A stretch of DNA of 64,000 bases from Actinomycetes bacterium (GTDB lineage Bacteria; Actinomycetota; Acidimicrobiia; Acidimicrobiales; Acidimicrobilacustridaceae). Of the stretch, positions 42,793 to 53,642 are shown piece by piece (position 1 is the stretch's first letter; the number at the start of each line of letters is the position of its first letter). The stretch covers positions 36,845 through 100,844 of the forward strand of contig JBAXGZ010000001.1 in assembly GCA_037139155.1 (NCBI GenBank), in the 5' to 3' direction. The position numbers and the translations under genes were made by a program. The notes under the pieces were generated by a model. It searched no databases and was not told the DNA's origin. It saw only the letters and a list, made by a program, of their open reading frames with translations.

Positions 42793-42959
42793 CGCACCTC
42801 CTCTCATCTGGTGTGTCTCTTCCGGATCGCCGGCGCTGGGCGCCGGTTCACCGCTGGGCTGGCGTCGACCGGAAGAACCGATCGGCGCCGGGTTGCCACG
42901 CTGGTGATTCCCGGCCCGGATGGGCTGAAAAAAACACAACGGGGCGTCCGCCGCGTAGC

Positions 42960-43050
42960 GCGAGAACGCCCCGAAAGTCGGAGGTTCACCTCGTCAGGTG
43001 GGTTCCGAGGAACCTGTTACACCCCGAAGGGCACCGGATGTCTGCGGCGA
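42960..43050 (-). ncRNA. Probable L10 leader (autoregulatory cis RNA)
   Basis: AGACAUCCGGUG...CACCUGACGAGG core with a UUCG-capped stem upstream of rplJ. Matches the L10-leader pattern as recalled, not a model search. Confidence 0.55.
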
Positions 43051-43162
43051 GCGGATTCAATTGCCATCGCGAGCGGACTCTCGATGGGTGTTCCCGAAGG
43101 AACGGACTGAGGACTGTAGTGGTGGGCTCGCCACGCTGGCCAGCCCGCTCACTGCGAACGAC

Positions 43163-43870
43163 TTAGACCTCGTCGAGGACGAGCATGCGCTGGGGGTCAA
43201 GCTTGACACCCGGGCCCATGGTCGAAGACAGCGAGACCTTCTTGAAATAGCGACCTTTGGCCGAGGAAGGCTTGGCCTTCTCGAGTTCTTCGAGCACGGC
43301 GCGGAGGTTGGCCAGAAGGGCGGAACCCTCAAAGGAGACCTTGCCGATCGGGACATGCACATTGCCCTGACGGTCGGTGCGGTACTCGACCTTTCCACCC
43401 TTGAAGTCAGCGACGGCCTTGCCCACATCGGGGGTGACGGTGCCGGTCTTGGGATTAGGCATAAGGCCGCGCGGGCCAAGTTGACGGCCCAACTTGCCGA
43501 CCTGAGGCATGAGGTCAGGAGTGGCGATGACGAGATCGAAATCCATCATTCCGCCTTCAACCTCGGCGAGGAGTTCCTCGGCGCCAACAAATTCCGCTCC
43601 GGCATCGCGAGCGGCCTGAGCAGCATCGCCCGAGGCGAATACCGCGATACGGACATCGGTGCCGGTTCCCGAAGGAAGTCCAACGGTGCCGCGAATCATC
43701 TGGTCGGCCTTACGAGGATCGACACCAAGGCGAACCGAAAGTTCGACGGTCTCGTCGAACTTCGCAGTGGCCATGGACTTGACCTTTTCGATCGCCTGAG
43801 CCGAGCCGAACTGAGCGGCTTTGTCGTAGGAGGCTGATGCTGTCTTGTACTTCTTACCGTGCTGTGCCAT
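43163..43870 (-). CDS. rplA: 50S ribosomal protein L1
   Basis: [29 protein letters not shown]. Confidence 0.99.
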   Translation of the reverse strand: MAQHGKKYKTASASYDKAAQFGSAQAIEKVKSMATAKFDETVELSVRLGVDPRKADQMIRGTVGLPSGTGTDVRIAVFASGDAAQAARDAGAEFVGAEELLAEVEGGMMDFDLVIATPDLMPQVGKLGRQLGPRGLMPNPKTGTVTPDVGKAVADFKGGKVEYRTDRQGNVHVPIGKVSFEGSALLANLRAVLEELEKAKPSSAKGRYFKKVSLSSTMGPGVKLDPQRMLVLDEV

Positions 43871-43970
43871 TTCGGCTCCCTCGGGTCAGGCACCTAAGTG
43901 CAAACGATTCACCTGCCGGGCGAGGTCGTCCTCGGCATGGTGGGTCCGCAGGTGCGGACCGGAACTGCGA

Positions 43971-44396
43971 TTAGCGAACTTCGATGCCCATAGAGCGGGC
44001 GGTACCGGCGACCTGGAGGCGTGCAGCCTCAATATCGTTGGCGTTGAGATCGACCATTTTGACCTGAGCGATCTCGGTGACCTGCGCGTCGGTGATGGAA
44101 CCAGCGACGGCCTTCGACGGAGTCTGCGAGCCCTTCGCCAGCCCAGCGGCCTGCTTGATAAGCACAGAGGTCGGAGGGGTCTTGAGAACGAACGTGAAAC
44201 TGCGATCTTCAAAGATCGTGATTTCCACGGGCACGATGGTGCCCTTCTGTGCCTCGGTCTTCGCGTTGTATTCCTTGCAGAAATCCATGATCGCGACGCC
44301 ATGCGGGCCGAGCGCGGTACCAACGGGCGGGGCCGGGTTGGCTCCACCTGCGGGGATCTGGATTTTCACAACGGCCGAAACCTTCTTCTTGGCCAT
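43971..44396 (-). CDS. rplK: 50S ribosomal protein L11
   Basis: [27 protein letters not shown]. Confidence 0.99.
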   Translation of the reverse strand: MAKKKVSAVVKIQIPAGGANPAPPVGTALGPHGVAIMDFCKEYNAKTEAQKGTIVPVEITIFEDRSFTFVLKTPPTSVLIKQAAGLAKGSQTPSKAVAGSITDAQVTEIAQVKMVDLNANDIEAARLQVAGTARSMGIEVR

Positions 44397-44503
44397 GATT
44401 GCGACTCGCTTCTTTTCTTTCGTTCCTGCGCCCAGCGGGCGGCAGGAGATTCTGACGGTTCGATACCGACTCTGACAATTCCTCCGGCCGAGACCGGTGA
44501 TTC

Positions 44504-45298
44504 CTACAGCTTGGCGACCTGTGAGAACTCAAGTTCCACGGGCGTCTCACGTCCGAAGATGTTGACCAGCACCTTGACCTTGAGCTGATCCTCATTGATC
44601 TCGACGACCTCGCCGGAGAAGTCGGCGAACGGACCTTCCTTGACACGAACGGTCTCGCCCTCCTCGTACTCGAGGCGAGGCTTACCGCGCTTGGTGGTGA
44701 CTTCTTCAGAGTCATCCGGGACGGTGAGGAAGTTTTCGACATCACGGCGAGGCAGTGGCGAAGGCTTGGCTCCCTGACCCACGAAACCAGTGATTCCTGG
44801 TGTGTTGCGGATGACGTACCAAGAGTCGTCGGTCATATCGCACCGAACGAGGAGGTAACCGGGGAAGACCTTCTTCTGAACGACCTGCTTCTTGCCGTTC
44901 TTGAACTCGACGACGTCCTCCATAGGGATGACGCATTCATGGATGCTTTCTTCCATGTTCATCGACTGGGTACGGGCTTCGAGGTTTTGCTTGACCTTCT
45001 TTTCGTAGCCCGACTGCGTATGAACGACATACCAGCGACCGGGACGATCGAAAGGACTTTGCGGACGCGGACGCGACTGCTCGAGCAGTTCGTCGGTGTC
45101 GATCACGTCAAGCTCGATATCGAGGTCGGTGTCGATCACGGTGTCGATCACAGTGTCGATCACGGTGTCGATCACTTCGATATCGCCCGCGTCATCGATA
45201 ACGATGTCGATCTCTTCGGTGATCACTTCAACAATCACGTCGGAGTCCGATGCTTCGATCGCATCGTTCGAGAAATTGGAATCGTCGTTCATGGTCAT
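44504..45298 (-). CDS. nusG: Transcription factor NusG with ~85-aa acidic N-terminal extension
   Basis: [38 protein letters not shown] 45298 overlaps the secE stop. Confidence 0.98.
   Translation of the reverse strand: MTMNDDSNFSNDAIEASDSDVIVEVITEEIDIVIDDAGDIEVIDTVIDTVIDTVIDTDLDIELDVIDTDELLEQSRPRPQSPFDRPGRWYVVHTQSGYEKKVKQNLEARTQSMNMEESIHECVIPMEDVVEFKNGKKQVVQKKVFPGYLLVRCDMTDDSWYVIRNTPGITGFVGQGAKPSPLPRRDVENFLTVPDDSEEVTTKRGKPRLEYEEGETVRVKEGPFADFSGEVVEINEDQLKVKVLVNIFGRETPVELEFSQVAKL
45129..45176 (-). repeat. 12-bp tandem repeat x4 encoding (VIDT)4 in the NusG extension
   Basis: Plus strand GTGTCGATCACN x4. Confidence 0.9.
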
Positions 45299-45591
45299 CA
45301 GGTGTTGAACAGTTTCAGGACGGCCTCGGAGAACACCCAATCGATCCCGAAGATCAAAAGAGTGAAAAAGATGAGGGTGATGATGGTGATAAGGGAGTAA
45401 TTGATGGTCTCGGAACGGGTGGGCCAGGCCACCTTGCGCAGTTCCGACCGAACTTCACGAGCGAACTCGACCGGACCGGTCCGCTCCCTTGTGCGTTGTT
45501 GGTTGCCACGACGGGCGCGAATGGGTTCGCCATCGGGGCCAAGTTCACCCTGACGCTGCAACATTCGTTTTTGTTCTCTGTTGAGAGCCAT
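45298..45591 (-). CDS. secE: Preprotein translocase SecE
   Basis: EVRSELRKVAWPT followed by a single transmembrane helix. Start ATG 45591. Confidence 0.96.
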   Translation of the reverse strand: MALNREQKRMLQRQGELGPDGEPIRARRGNQQRTRERTGPVEFAREVRSELRKVAWPTRSETINYSLITIITLIFFTLLIFGIDWVFSEAVLKLFNT

Positions 45592-45641
45592 CGAGACACT
45601 TCCAGTACGTTTCGCGTCAACCGCAACGCGGATGTTTTGAG

Positions 45642-45714
45642 CAGGGCAGGAGGGACTTGAACCCCCAACCGTCGGTGTTGGAGACCGGTGCTCTACCAAT
45701 TGAGCTACTGCCCT
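45642..45714 (-). tRNA. tRNA-Trp (CCA)
   Basis: AGGGCAG/CTGCCCT acceptor stem, anticodon loop CT-CCA-AC, T-loop GTTCAAG. 3' CCA not encoded. Confidence 0.95.
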
Positions 45715-45844
45715 AGGGCACTACGCCGGGCTTGAAAGGGTAGCAGCCGACGCGTTCGGCCAGACCCCTGCAGGTCCGAATGGGAAAGACTAGGCCTCCT
45801 CCCCCATCGGTTGCGAACCGGGATTTCTCTGAAGGTCTGCGCCC

Positions 45845-46207
45845 TCAGGCCGACCGGCGACGAGTCGCCAGAACCAGGACGCCTCCGACCCCAGCGGCAG
45901 TGGCCGCGGCCAACCCCACGATCGAGACCGCCCGGCGACCAGCGATCCGATGGCGTTCCCTTCGCTCGACCGCCGAATCGAGTCCCTCAAGGAGTTGGTC
46001 GAGAATCTCCGGATCGGCCGGTACCGGGAGATCCCTCAGACTGGCGAGAGCACGACGGAGTCGCCGAAATCGGGCCAAATCAGCCTGACACCGGAGGCAC
46101 TCGGCAACATGCTCGGCGTCAGCGGTCGACAGGAGTTCGGGGTTCTCGACCAGATCGGGCATGAGTTCGGCGAGCCGATCACACGGCCGGGCGATCAATT
46201 TCGCCAT
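45845..46207 (-). CDS. Zinc-binding anti-sigma factor (ZAS/zf-HC2-like) with C-terminal transmembrane helix
   Basis: C..HVAECLRC motif, terminal hydrophobic helix plus RRR. Start overlaps the sigma 3' end. Confidence 0.75.
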   Translation of the reverse strand: MAKLIARPCDRLAELMPDLVENPELLSTADAEHVAECLRCQADLARFRRLRRALASLRDLPVPADPEILDQLLEGLDSAVERRERHRIAGRRAVSIVGLAAATAAGVGGVLVLATRRRSA

Positions 46208-46832
46208 CGGAACTCCCCTCTGCATGGGAACGCAAGAAGACATCGTCACGCAATCGGTGGCGGGCTCGGTGCAATCGGACCTTGGCTGCCGAGACCGAGA
46301 TACCCAGTTCTGCGGCGATCACCTCGTGGGAAAGGTCGTAGATGTCCCGCAGCACAACGACCGCCCGCAACTTCGGCGGGAGTGCAGCCAACGCTTTCTG
46401 CACCGCATCACGGAGAGTCGCCGACTCAGAGCGACCGACGGGATCAACGCTCGGAGAAAGATCGTTGAGTTCTAGGTCGTCATCAAGTTCTTCGTGACGA
46501 TGCCGGCGACGACGACCGAGATGCGTCGACGCGCAGTTTGCCGTGATGCGATAGAGCCACGTGGTAAATCTCGCATCGCCGCGGAAGCGACGAAGTCCAC
46601 GGTAGGCCCGCAAGTAAGCCTCTTGACAGACATCGCGAGCATCCTCGGCATCGCCGGTGAGACGGAAGGCGAGCGCGTACGTACCAGACCACGTTCGGCG
46701 CACGAGCGCATCGAACGCGCTGCGATCTCCCGCTCGCGCTTCGGCGACCAGCACCGCCAGTTCAGAGTGCCCCGGACGCGCCACGTCGGTGACAGCCCGA
46801 AGGGCCACCACCGACGTCGACTCGACATGCAC
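46179..46832 (-). CDS. ECF RNA polymerase sigma factor (start uncertain)
   Basis: GDRSAFDALV, DARDVCQEAYL, RFTTWLYRI, region 4 EVIAAELGISVSAAKVRLHRAR. Confidence 0.93.
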   Translation of the reverse strand: MHVESTSVVALRAVTDVARPGHSELAVLVAEARAGDRSAFDALVRRTWSGTYALAFRLTGDAEDARDVCQEAYLRAYRGLRRFRGDARFTTWLYRITANCASTHLGRRRRHRHEELDDDLELNDLSPSVDPVGRSESATLRDAVQKALAALPPKLRAVVVLRDIYDLSHEVIAAELGISVSAAKVRLHRARHRLRDDVFLRSHAEGSSDGEIDRPAV

Positions 46833-46858
46833 CGACGACGTGTCGTCGGTGTGCTTAT

Positions 46859-47023
46859 TCAGCGGGTCTCCTTGTGTGCGGTATGCACACGATCCCACTT
46901 GCAGTACTTCATGAGCTCAATGCGCTCACGATCGTTGATCTTGTTCTTCTTCGTGATGTAGTTGCGACGCTTGCACACCTGGCATTCCAAGGTGACAGCA
47001 ATTCGCTTGTCGTTGCGGGCCAT
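46859..47023 (-). CDS. rpmG: 50S ribosomal protein L33
   Basis: Hand translation: [54 protein letters not shown]. Confidence 0.97.
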   Translation of the reverse strand: MARNDKRIAVTLECQVCKRRNYITKKNKINDRERIELMKYCKWDRVHTAHKETR

Positions 47024-47034
47024 AACGGCTGCTC

Positions 47035-48225
47035 CTACTTAAGGATCTTGGTGACGCGGCCGGCGCCGACGGTACGGCCACCTTCACGGATGGCGAAGCG
47101 CAAGCCCTCTTCCATCGCGATGGGGTGGATCAGTTCAACAGTCATCTCGGTGTTATCACCCGGGATACACATTTCCGTGCCCGCCGGAAGCGAAATCTGA
47201 CCAGTCACATCAGTCGTACGGAAATAGAACTGCGGACGGTAGTTCGTGAAGAACGGCTTATGACGACCGCCTTCTTCCTTGGTCAGAACATAGGTCTGAG
47301 CCTCGAACTCGGTATGAGGAGTAATGGAACCAGGCTTCGCGAGCACCTGACCACGCTCAACATCTTCCTTCTTCGTTCCACGAAGAAGCGCACCAATGTT
47401 GTCTCCCGCACGACCCTCATCAAGAAGCTTGCGGAACATCTCAACACCAGTACACGTCGTCTTCTGCGTCGCCTTAATACCAACGATCTCAATTTCATCA
47501 CCGGTATGAACAATGCCCTGTTCCACACGACCAGTCACAACCGTGCCACGACCAGTGATCGTGAACACATCTTCAATCGGCATAAGGAACGGCTTGTCAG
47601 TGTCACGCTCAGGCTGAGGAATGAACTCATCAACAGCAGCCATCAACTCAAGAATCTGAGCAGTCGCTGTCGGATCACCCTCAAGGGCCTTCAACGCAGA
47701 AACCTTGATAACCGGAACATCATCACCCGGGAACTCATACTCATTCAGAAGCTCACGAACCTCAAGCTCCACAAGATCAAGAAGTTCCTCATCATCGACC
47801 ATGTCGACCTTATTCAGAGCAACAACCAACGACGGCACACCAACCTGGCGGGCAAGAAGAACATGCTCACGAGTCTGAGGCATCGGACCATCAGCAGCCG
47901 AAACCACCAAAATCGCACCATCAACCTGAGCAGCACCAGTGATCATGTTCTTGATGTAATCAGCATGACCCGGCATATCAACATGCGCGTAATGACGATT
48001 CGCAGTCTCATACTCAACATGAGAAATATTGATCGTGATACCACGCTCACGCTCTTCCGGCGCCTTATCAATATTCGCAAACTCAGTAAACGAATTATTC
48101 GTCGGATCCGCATCAGCCAACACCTTCGTGATCGCCGCGGTCAACGTGGTCTTACCATGATCGATATGACCCATCGTGCCCACATTCGCGTGGGGCTTGG
48201 TCCGCTCGAACTTCTCGCGTGCCAT
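47035..48225 (-). CDS. tuf: Elongation factor Tu (tRNA-linked copy)
   Basis: Protein identical to 29172-30362. Stop is TAG rather than TGA. Confidence 0.99.
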   Translation of the reverse strand: MAREKFERTKPHANVGTMGHIDHGKTTLTAAITKVLADADPTNNSFTEFANIDKAPEERERGITINISHVEYETANRHYAHVDMPGHADYIKNMITGAAQVDGAILVVSAADGPMPQTREHVLLARQVGVPSLVVALNKVDMVDDEELLDLVELEVRELLNEYEFPGDDVPVIKVSALKALEGDPTATAQILELMAAVDEFIPQPERDTDKPFLMPIEDVFTITGRGTVVTGRVEQGIVHTGDEIEIVGIKATQKTTCTGVEMFRKLLDEGRAGDNIGALLRGTKKEDVERGQVLAKPGSITPHTEFEAQTYVLTKEEGGRHKPFFTNYRPQFYFRTTDVTGQISLPAGTEMCIPGDNTEMTVELIHPIAMEEGLRFAIREGGRTVGAGRVTKILK

Positions 48226-48279
48226 GGTTTTCTCCTGGTGCCTTTCGTGGCCATTGCCTGTTTTGGTACGACTGTCTCG

Positions 48280-48408
48280 GTACTTCGTGATTCTGGGTAC
48301 TTGGTGATTCTGGGTACTTCGTGATTCTGGGTACTTCGTGATTCTGGGTACTTCGTGATTCTACGTACTTGGTAATTCCGGGTACTTCATGGTTCTAGGT
48401 ACTTCGTA
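48280..48408. repeat. 17-bp tandem array, 7 units plus a partial unit
   Basis: Consensus GTACTTCGTGATTCTGG. Units start at 48280, 48297, 48314, 48331, 48348, 48365, 48382 and 48399 (partial). Confidence 0.95.
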
Positions 48409-48482
48409 CTGCGGTTCCTGCGATTTCGAAACATTGGTGCGATCCTGCGCTATCTGCACCGAGTGGGAACCGGATTCCCGAT

Positions 48483-48559
48483 TGGTGTCGGCGGTCGGAC
48501 TTGAACCGACGACCACTCGATTATGAGCCGAGTGCTCTGACCAGCTGAGCTACGCCGAC
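48483..48559 (-). tRNA. tRNA-Met (CAT), elongator type (Ile2 not excluded)
   Basis: GTCGGCG/CGCCGAC acceptor stem, CT-CAT-AA loop, encoded CCA. Confidence 0.93.
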
Positions 48560-48595
48560 ATTTCGGCCGACTGGGCCGGAGCCCCTTCGGCACAG

Positions 48596-48668
48596 AGCCC
48601 CCTGACAGAATCGAACTGTCGACCTTTTCCTTACCATGGAAACGCTCTGCCGACTGAGCTAAGGGGGC
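48596..48668 (-). tRNA. tRNA-Thr (GGT)
   Basis: GCCCCCT/AGGGGGC acceptor stem, TTTCC-AT-GGT-AA-GGAAA anticodon arm. Confidence 0.96.
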
Positions 48669-48752
48669 GCGTCGGGCAAGCCCGACAAAGGAGGCGTCAT
48701 CTTGCCACGCCCCACCGGGGATTCCCAACTCACGACCGGGGCCGCCGGTACG

Positions 48753-49247
48753 GTGACGGACGTGAACCTCCGTCTCGCCCGTTCCGAAGATGCCGAAGCG
48801 ACCCGAGAGATCTATAACACCGAGGTCACTGGATCCACCGTCACCTTCGATTTGGTCCCCCGTTCCATCGAGGATCAGCTCGCGTGGCTCGACCAACGTT
48901 CAGGAGCCATGGCCGTCGTGGTCGCCGAAATCGACGGCCAGGTGGTGGGGTTCGCCTCGCTCTCGCCGTACCGAGACCGACCGGCCTACGCCACCACTGT
49001 CGAGGACTCGGTCTACGTCCACGCCGACTTCCGAGGCCAGGGAGTGGCCCGAGCGCTGTTGGCCGAAATCCTCGACATCGCCGTAACCCGCGGGTTCCAT
49101 GCCGTCATGGCCAGAATCGTGGGCGGCCACGATGCCTCGATCGGTCTCCACACGTCACTCGGCTTCGAAATCGTTGGCACCGAGCGGGAAGTCGGCCGAA
49201 AGTTCGGCAAATGGCTCGATGTCATGATCATGCAGCGCATGCTCTGA
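48753..49247 (+). CDS. GNAT N-acetyltransferase, phosphinothricin/methionine-sulfoximine acetyltransferase-like
   Basis: EIYNTEV..TVTFD, EDSVYVH, RGQGVARALL, GRKFGKWLDV. Start is GTG 48753 or 48762. Confidence 0.88.
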   Translation: MTDVNLRLARSEDAEATREIYNTEVTGSTVTFDLVPRSIEDQLAWLDQRSGAMAVVVAEIDGQVVGFASLSPYRDRPAYATTVEDSVYVHADFRGQGVARALLAEILDIAVTRGFHAVMARIVGGHDASIGLHTSLGFEIVGTEREVGRKFGKWLDVMIMQRML

Positions 49248-49304
49248 GCCTCGCTCGTCTGCATTCGGAGGGTACCGAGCGCTCCGCTAAGGTTCCCCCC
49301 TTCA

Positions 49305-49389
49305 GGGTCGGTGCCCGAGTGGCCAAAGGGAACGGGCTGTAAACCCGTCGGCTATGCCTACGATGGTTCGAATCCATCTCGGCCCACCA
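49305..49389 (+). tRNA. tRNA-Tyr (GTA)
   Basis: Type II long variable arm, CT-GTA-AA loop, encoded CCA. Confidence 0.96.
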
Positions 49390-49474
49390 TCCGGCCCCCG
49401 CCCGTCGGGCGGGGCTGCCGGACGGAACCGAGTCGCGATCGCCGCATCCGGCGAGTCGACGGAACGAGGAAACC

Positions 49475-49963
49475 ATGCCGAGCTTCGATGTCGTGTCAGA
49501 GGTTGACGAGCAGGAAGTCCGCAATGCGGTCGACCAAGCCTCGCGAGAACTCACCACTCGCTTCGATTTCAAGAACACCAACTCCTCGATTGAGTTGAAG
49601 GACCTCTCGATTGAGATGGCGTCGGCGAGCGCCGACCGCCTCACTGCGGTTCGCCAAGTTCTCGAAGAGAAGTTGGTCAAGCGCAAGGTTTCGCTCAAGT
49701 CGCTTGACTACGGCAAAGTCGAAGATGCCGCCGGCGGCACCGTTCGCCAGACCGTCAAGATTGTCGCCGGCATTTCCAGCGACAAGGCCAAGGCAGTCAA
49801 CAAAGCCATTAAGGAACTGGGCCTCAAGGGCGTATCGTCACAAACTCAAGGTGAGCAGGTCCGCGTCACCGGCAAGAAGCGCGACGATCTCCAAGCAGTG
49901 ATCGCCGGACTGAAAGAGGTCGATCTTGAGATCCCTCTGCAGTTCGAAAACTTCCGCGACTGA
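49475..49963 (+). CDS. yajQ: YajQ family nucleotide (cyclic di-GMP)-binding protein
   Basis: MPSFDVVSEVD, RFDFK, QGEQVRVTGKKRDDLQ, QFENFRD. Confidence 0.96.
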   Translation: MPSFDVVSEVDEQEVRNAVDQASRELTTRFDFKNTNSSIELKDLSIEMASASADRLTAVRQVLEEKLVKRKVSLKSLDYGKVEDAAGGTVRQTVKIVAGISSDKAKAVNKAIKELGLKGVSSQTQGEQVRVTGKKRDDLQAVIAGLKEVDLEIPLQFENFRD

Positions 49964-49982
49964 TTCGCGCCTTATTCGCGCC

Positions 49983-50461
49983 TTATTCGTAGTAACCCGA
50001 GTGGATGTACACACACGGGATTCCTTCGCCGTGAAACATGTCGGCATTCCGGCGGTCGTCTTCAAACGCGAGTTTCAAATCGAATCCGTAGTCGCGCAAT
50101 TCACCGACGGTGCGTTGTTTAAATTGCCACGCCTCTTGACCTGATCGGTCTTCGCGCATGCACAGCAGATCCCAACGCAATTCGTGACGAACCAGCCATT
50201 CGAGCGTCTGCGGCTGCACCCGTAACGGACGAGCCGTCAACAGCACAACATGAAGTTCGGGCGCTAGAAGGCTGAGAAGTCGCGCCAGTTCATGAATGAC
50301 CTCGTCGTCTCCACAGGCCTCAAAGAAGGCGTTCCAGTCTCGGTTGGCGATGTGATGTTGACGATCACTGGCGTTGGAAAGCACACCATCCATATCGAAA
50401 ACGACTGCGGGCCCCGCCACAACCTCGGCGGCACGCCACTTCCAATTGGGTTGCGTCACGC

Positions 50462-50465
<4 letters not shown>
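49983..50465 (-). CDS. HAD-superfamily phosphatase resembling the T4 PNK 3'-phosphatase domain
   Basis: VFDMDGVL, LLTARP, FKQ, AFEDD. GTG start overlaps the acs stop. Confidence 0.75.
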
Positions 50466-52420
<1,955 letters not shown>

Positions 52421-52498
52421 GATGCCCCCTGGGCTGTTGGTCACGGCTCGATCCAACACACGCTTGAGCCTACCGGCCGATGAGAACCCGATTCCGAG

Positions 52499-53611
52499 TC
52501 ACGAAGGCCGACGTACCGTCCACTCCGCCACAAGGAAAGCGCCAAGTCCTCCCGAGTCGAGAAGCGCCTCGGCCTCTCCAATTCGACTGCGGGCCCTCAG
52601 TGCGGACAGGTCGGGCGACGCGGCTCGTTCATTCCATAGCACTCGACCCTCTTCGACAAGTTCCTCAATCCCGAGAGCAGTGAGGAACTCCCGTTGGGAG
52701 GTGATCGAGGTCGGTTGATCAACCGTCACGAGTTGATCGATAGCGATATCAGTGGTGATGTCCCACGCACCGGGGGCATCGAGAGGATGACCACCGCGCT
52801 CCTGTCCGGCGAACGTGCGCAACCAGCCCATCTCTGGGCGGGCGGCAATCTCTGCTGTTGTTGTGCCGTAGTCGATGACTATCACCACACCGCGATCGAG
52901 TCGATCGATCGCGGCCATGAGCCACTGCACCGCTTGCTCTTGCAGCGGCATCCACTCCCCCGCAACGGCCGATGACAACACCGAATCAAGCGAAATGGGA
53001 ACCTCAGTTGGAGTGACAACGAACTCAAGACCATCTTCGGCGTGATGCACGTCGAGTCGTTCGAAGTTTCCTGCACCATCGTGCCGAACGATGTCGAACG
53101 CCAGATTGTCGAGAAGTTCATTGGCCAAAATCACACCAGTGATTCCGTAGGGCGCTATCGGGCTCGACGCGAATTGCGGCCCGGGACCTACGCCGCGGAT
53201 GAACGAGTCGACACCGGCATCATCGAGATCTCCGAGCCAGTTTTCGAGATGATCGACATGCAAGGCGCGTTGTTCTGCGGAACGCTCCACCATGAGATAC
53301 CGCAGTGCCGACGCACAAGCGGGAGAAGCGAAGGCAATCGATCGTGCAAGAGTTCCGGGCCCTGCACCGAACTCAACGACGACGAAGGTGTCGGGCGAAC
53401 CCAGAGAGAGCCACTCTTCATCTAGACGGCGAGCAATCAACGCGCCGAACAGCGGCCCAACTTCAGGACTGGTCAAAAAATCACCGCGCCGGCCCGCCCG
53501 ACCAGTAGTCGCGTAGAAACCGATCGCTTCGTCATAGAGCGCAATGTCCATGTAACGCGTAAACGACAGTGTTGTTCCGACCGGGAACCGAGAACGGAAC
53601 TCGTCGTTCAT
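52499..53611 (-). CDS. NDUFAF7/MidA family SAM-dependent methyltransferase
   Basis: YMDIALY, GDFLTSPEV, VEFGAGPG, ANELLDNL, IDYG, DIT. Confidence 0.88.
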   Translation of the reverse strand: MNDEFRSRFPVGTTLSFTRYMDIALYDEAIGFYATTGRAGRRGDFLTSPEVGPLFGALIARRLDEEWLSLGSPDTFVVVEFGAGPGTLARSIAFASPACASALRYLMVERSAEQRALHVDHLENWLGDLDDAGVDSFIRGVGPGPQFASSPIAPYGITGVILANELLDNLAFDIVRHDGAGNFERLDVHHAEDGLEFVVTPTEVPISLDSVLSSAVAGEWMPLQEQAVQWLMAAIDRLDRGVVIVIDYGTTTAEIAARPEMGWLRTFAGQERGGHPLDAPGAWDITTDIAIDQLVTVDQPTSITSQREFLTALGIEELVEEGRVLWNERAASPDLSALRARSRIGEAEALLDSGGLGAFLVAEWTVRRPS

Positions 53612-53642
53612 GGCTTGTCAGCGCAACGCGAACCGCAACGGG

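Noticed and set aside
48280-48408. 17-bp array as a CRISPR or mini-CRISPR
   Set aside because: Units are head-to-tail with no unique spacers, are shorter than CRISPR repeats, and no cas genes are in the window.
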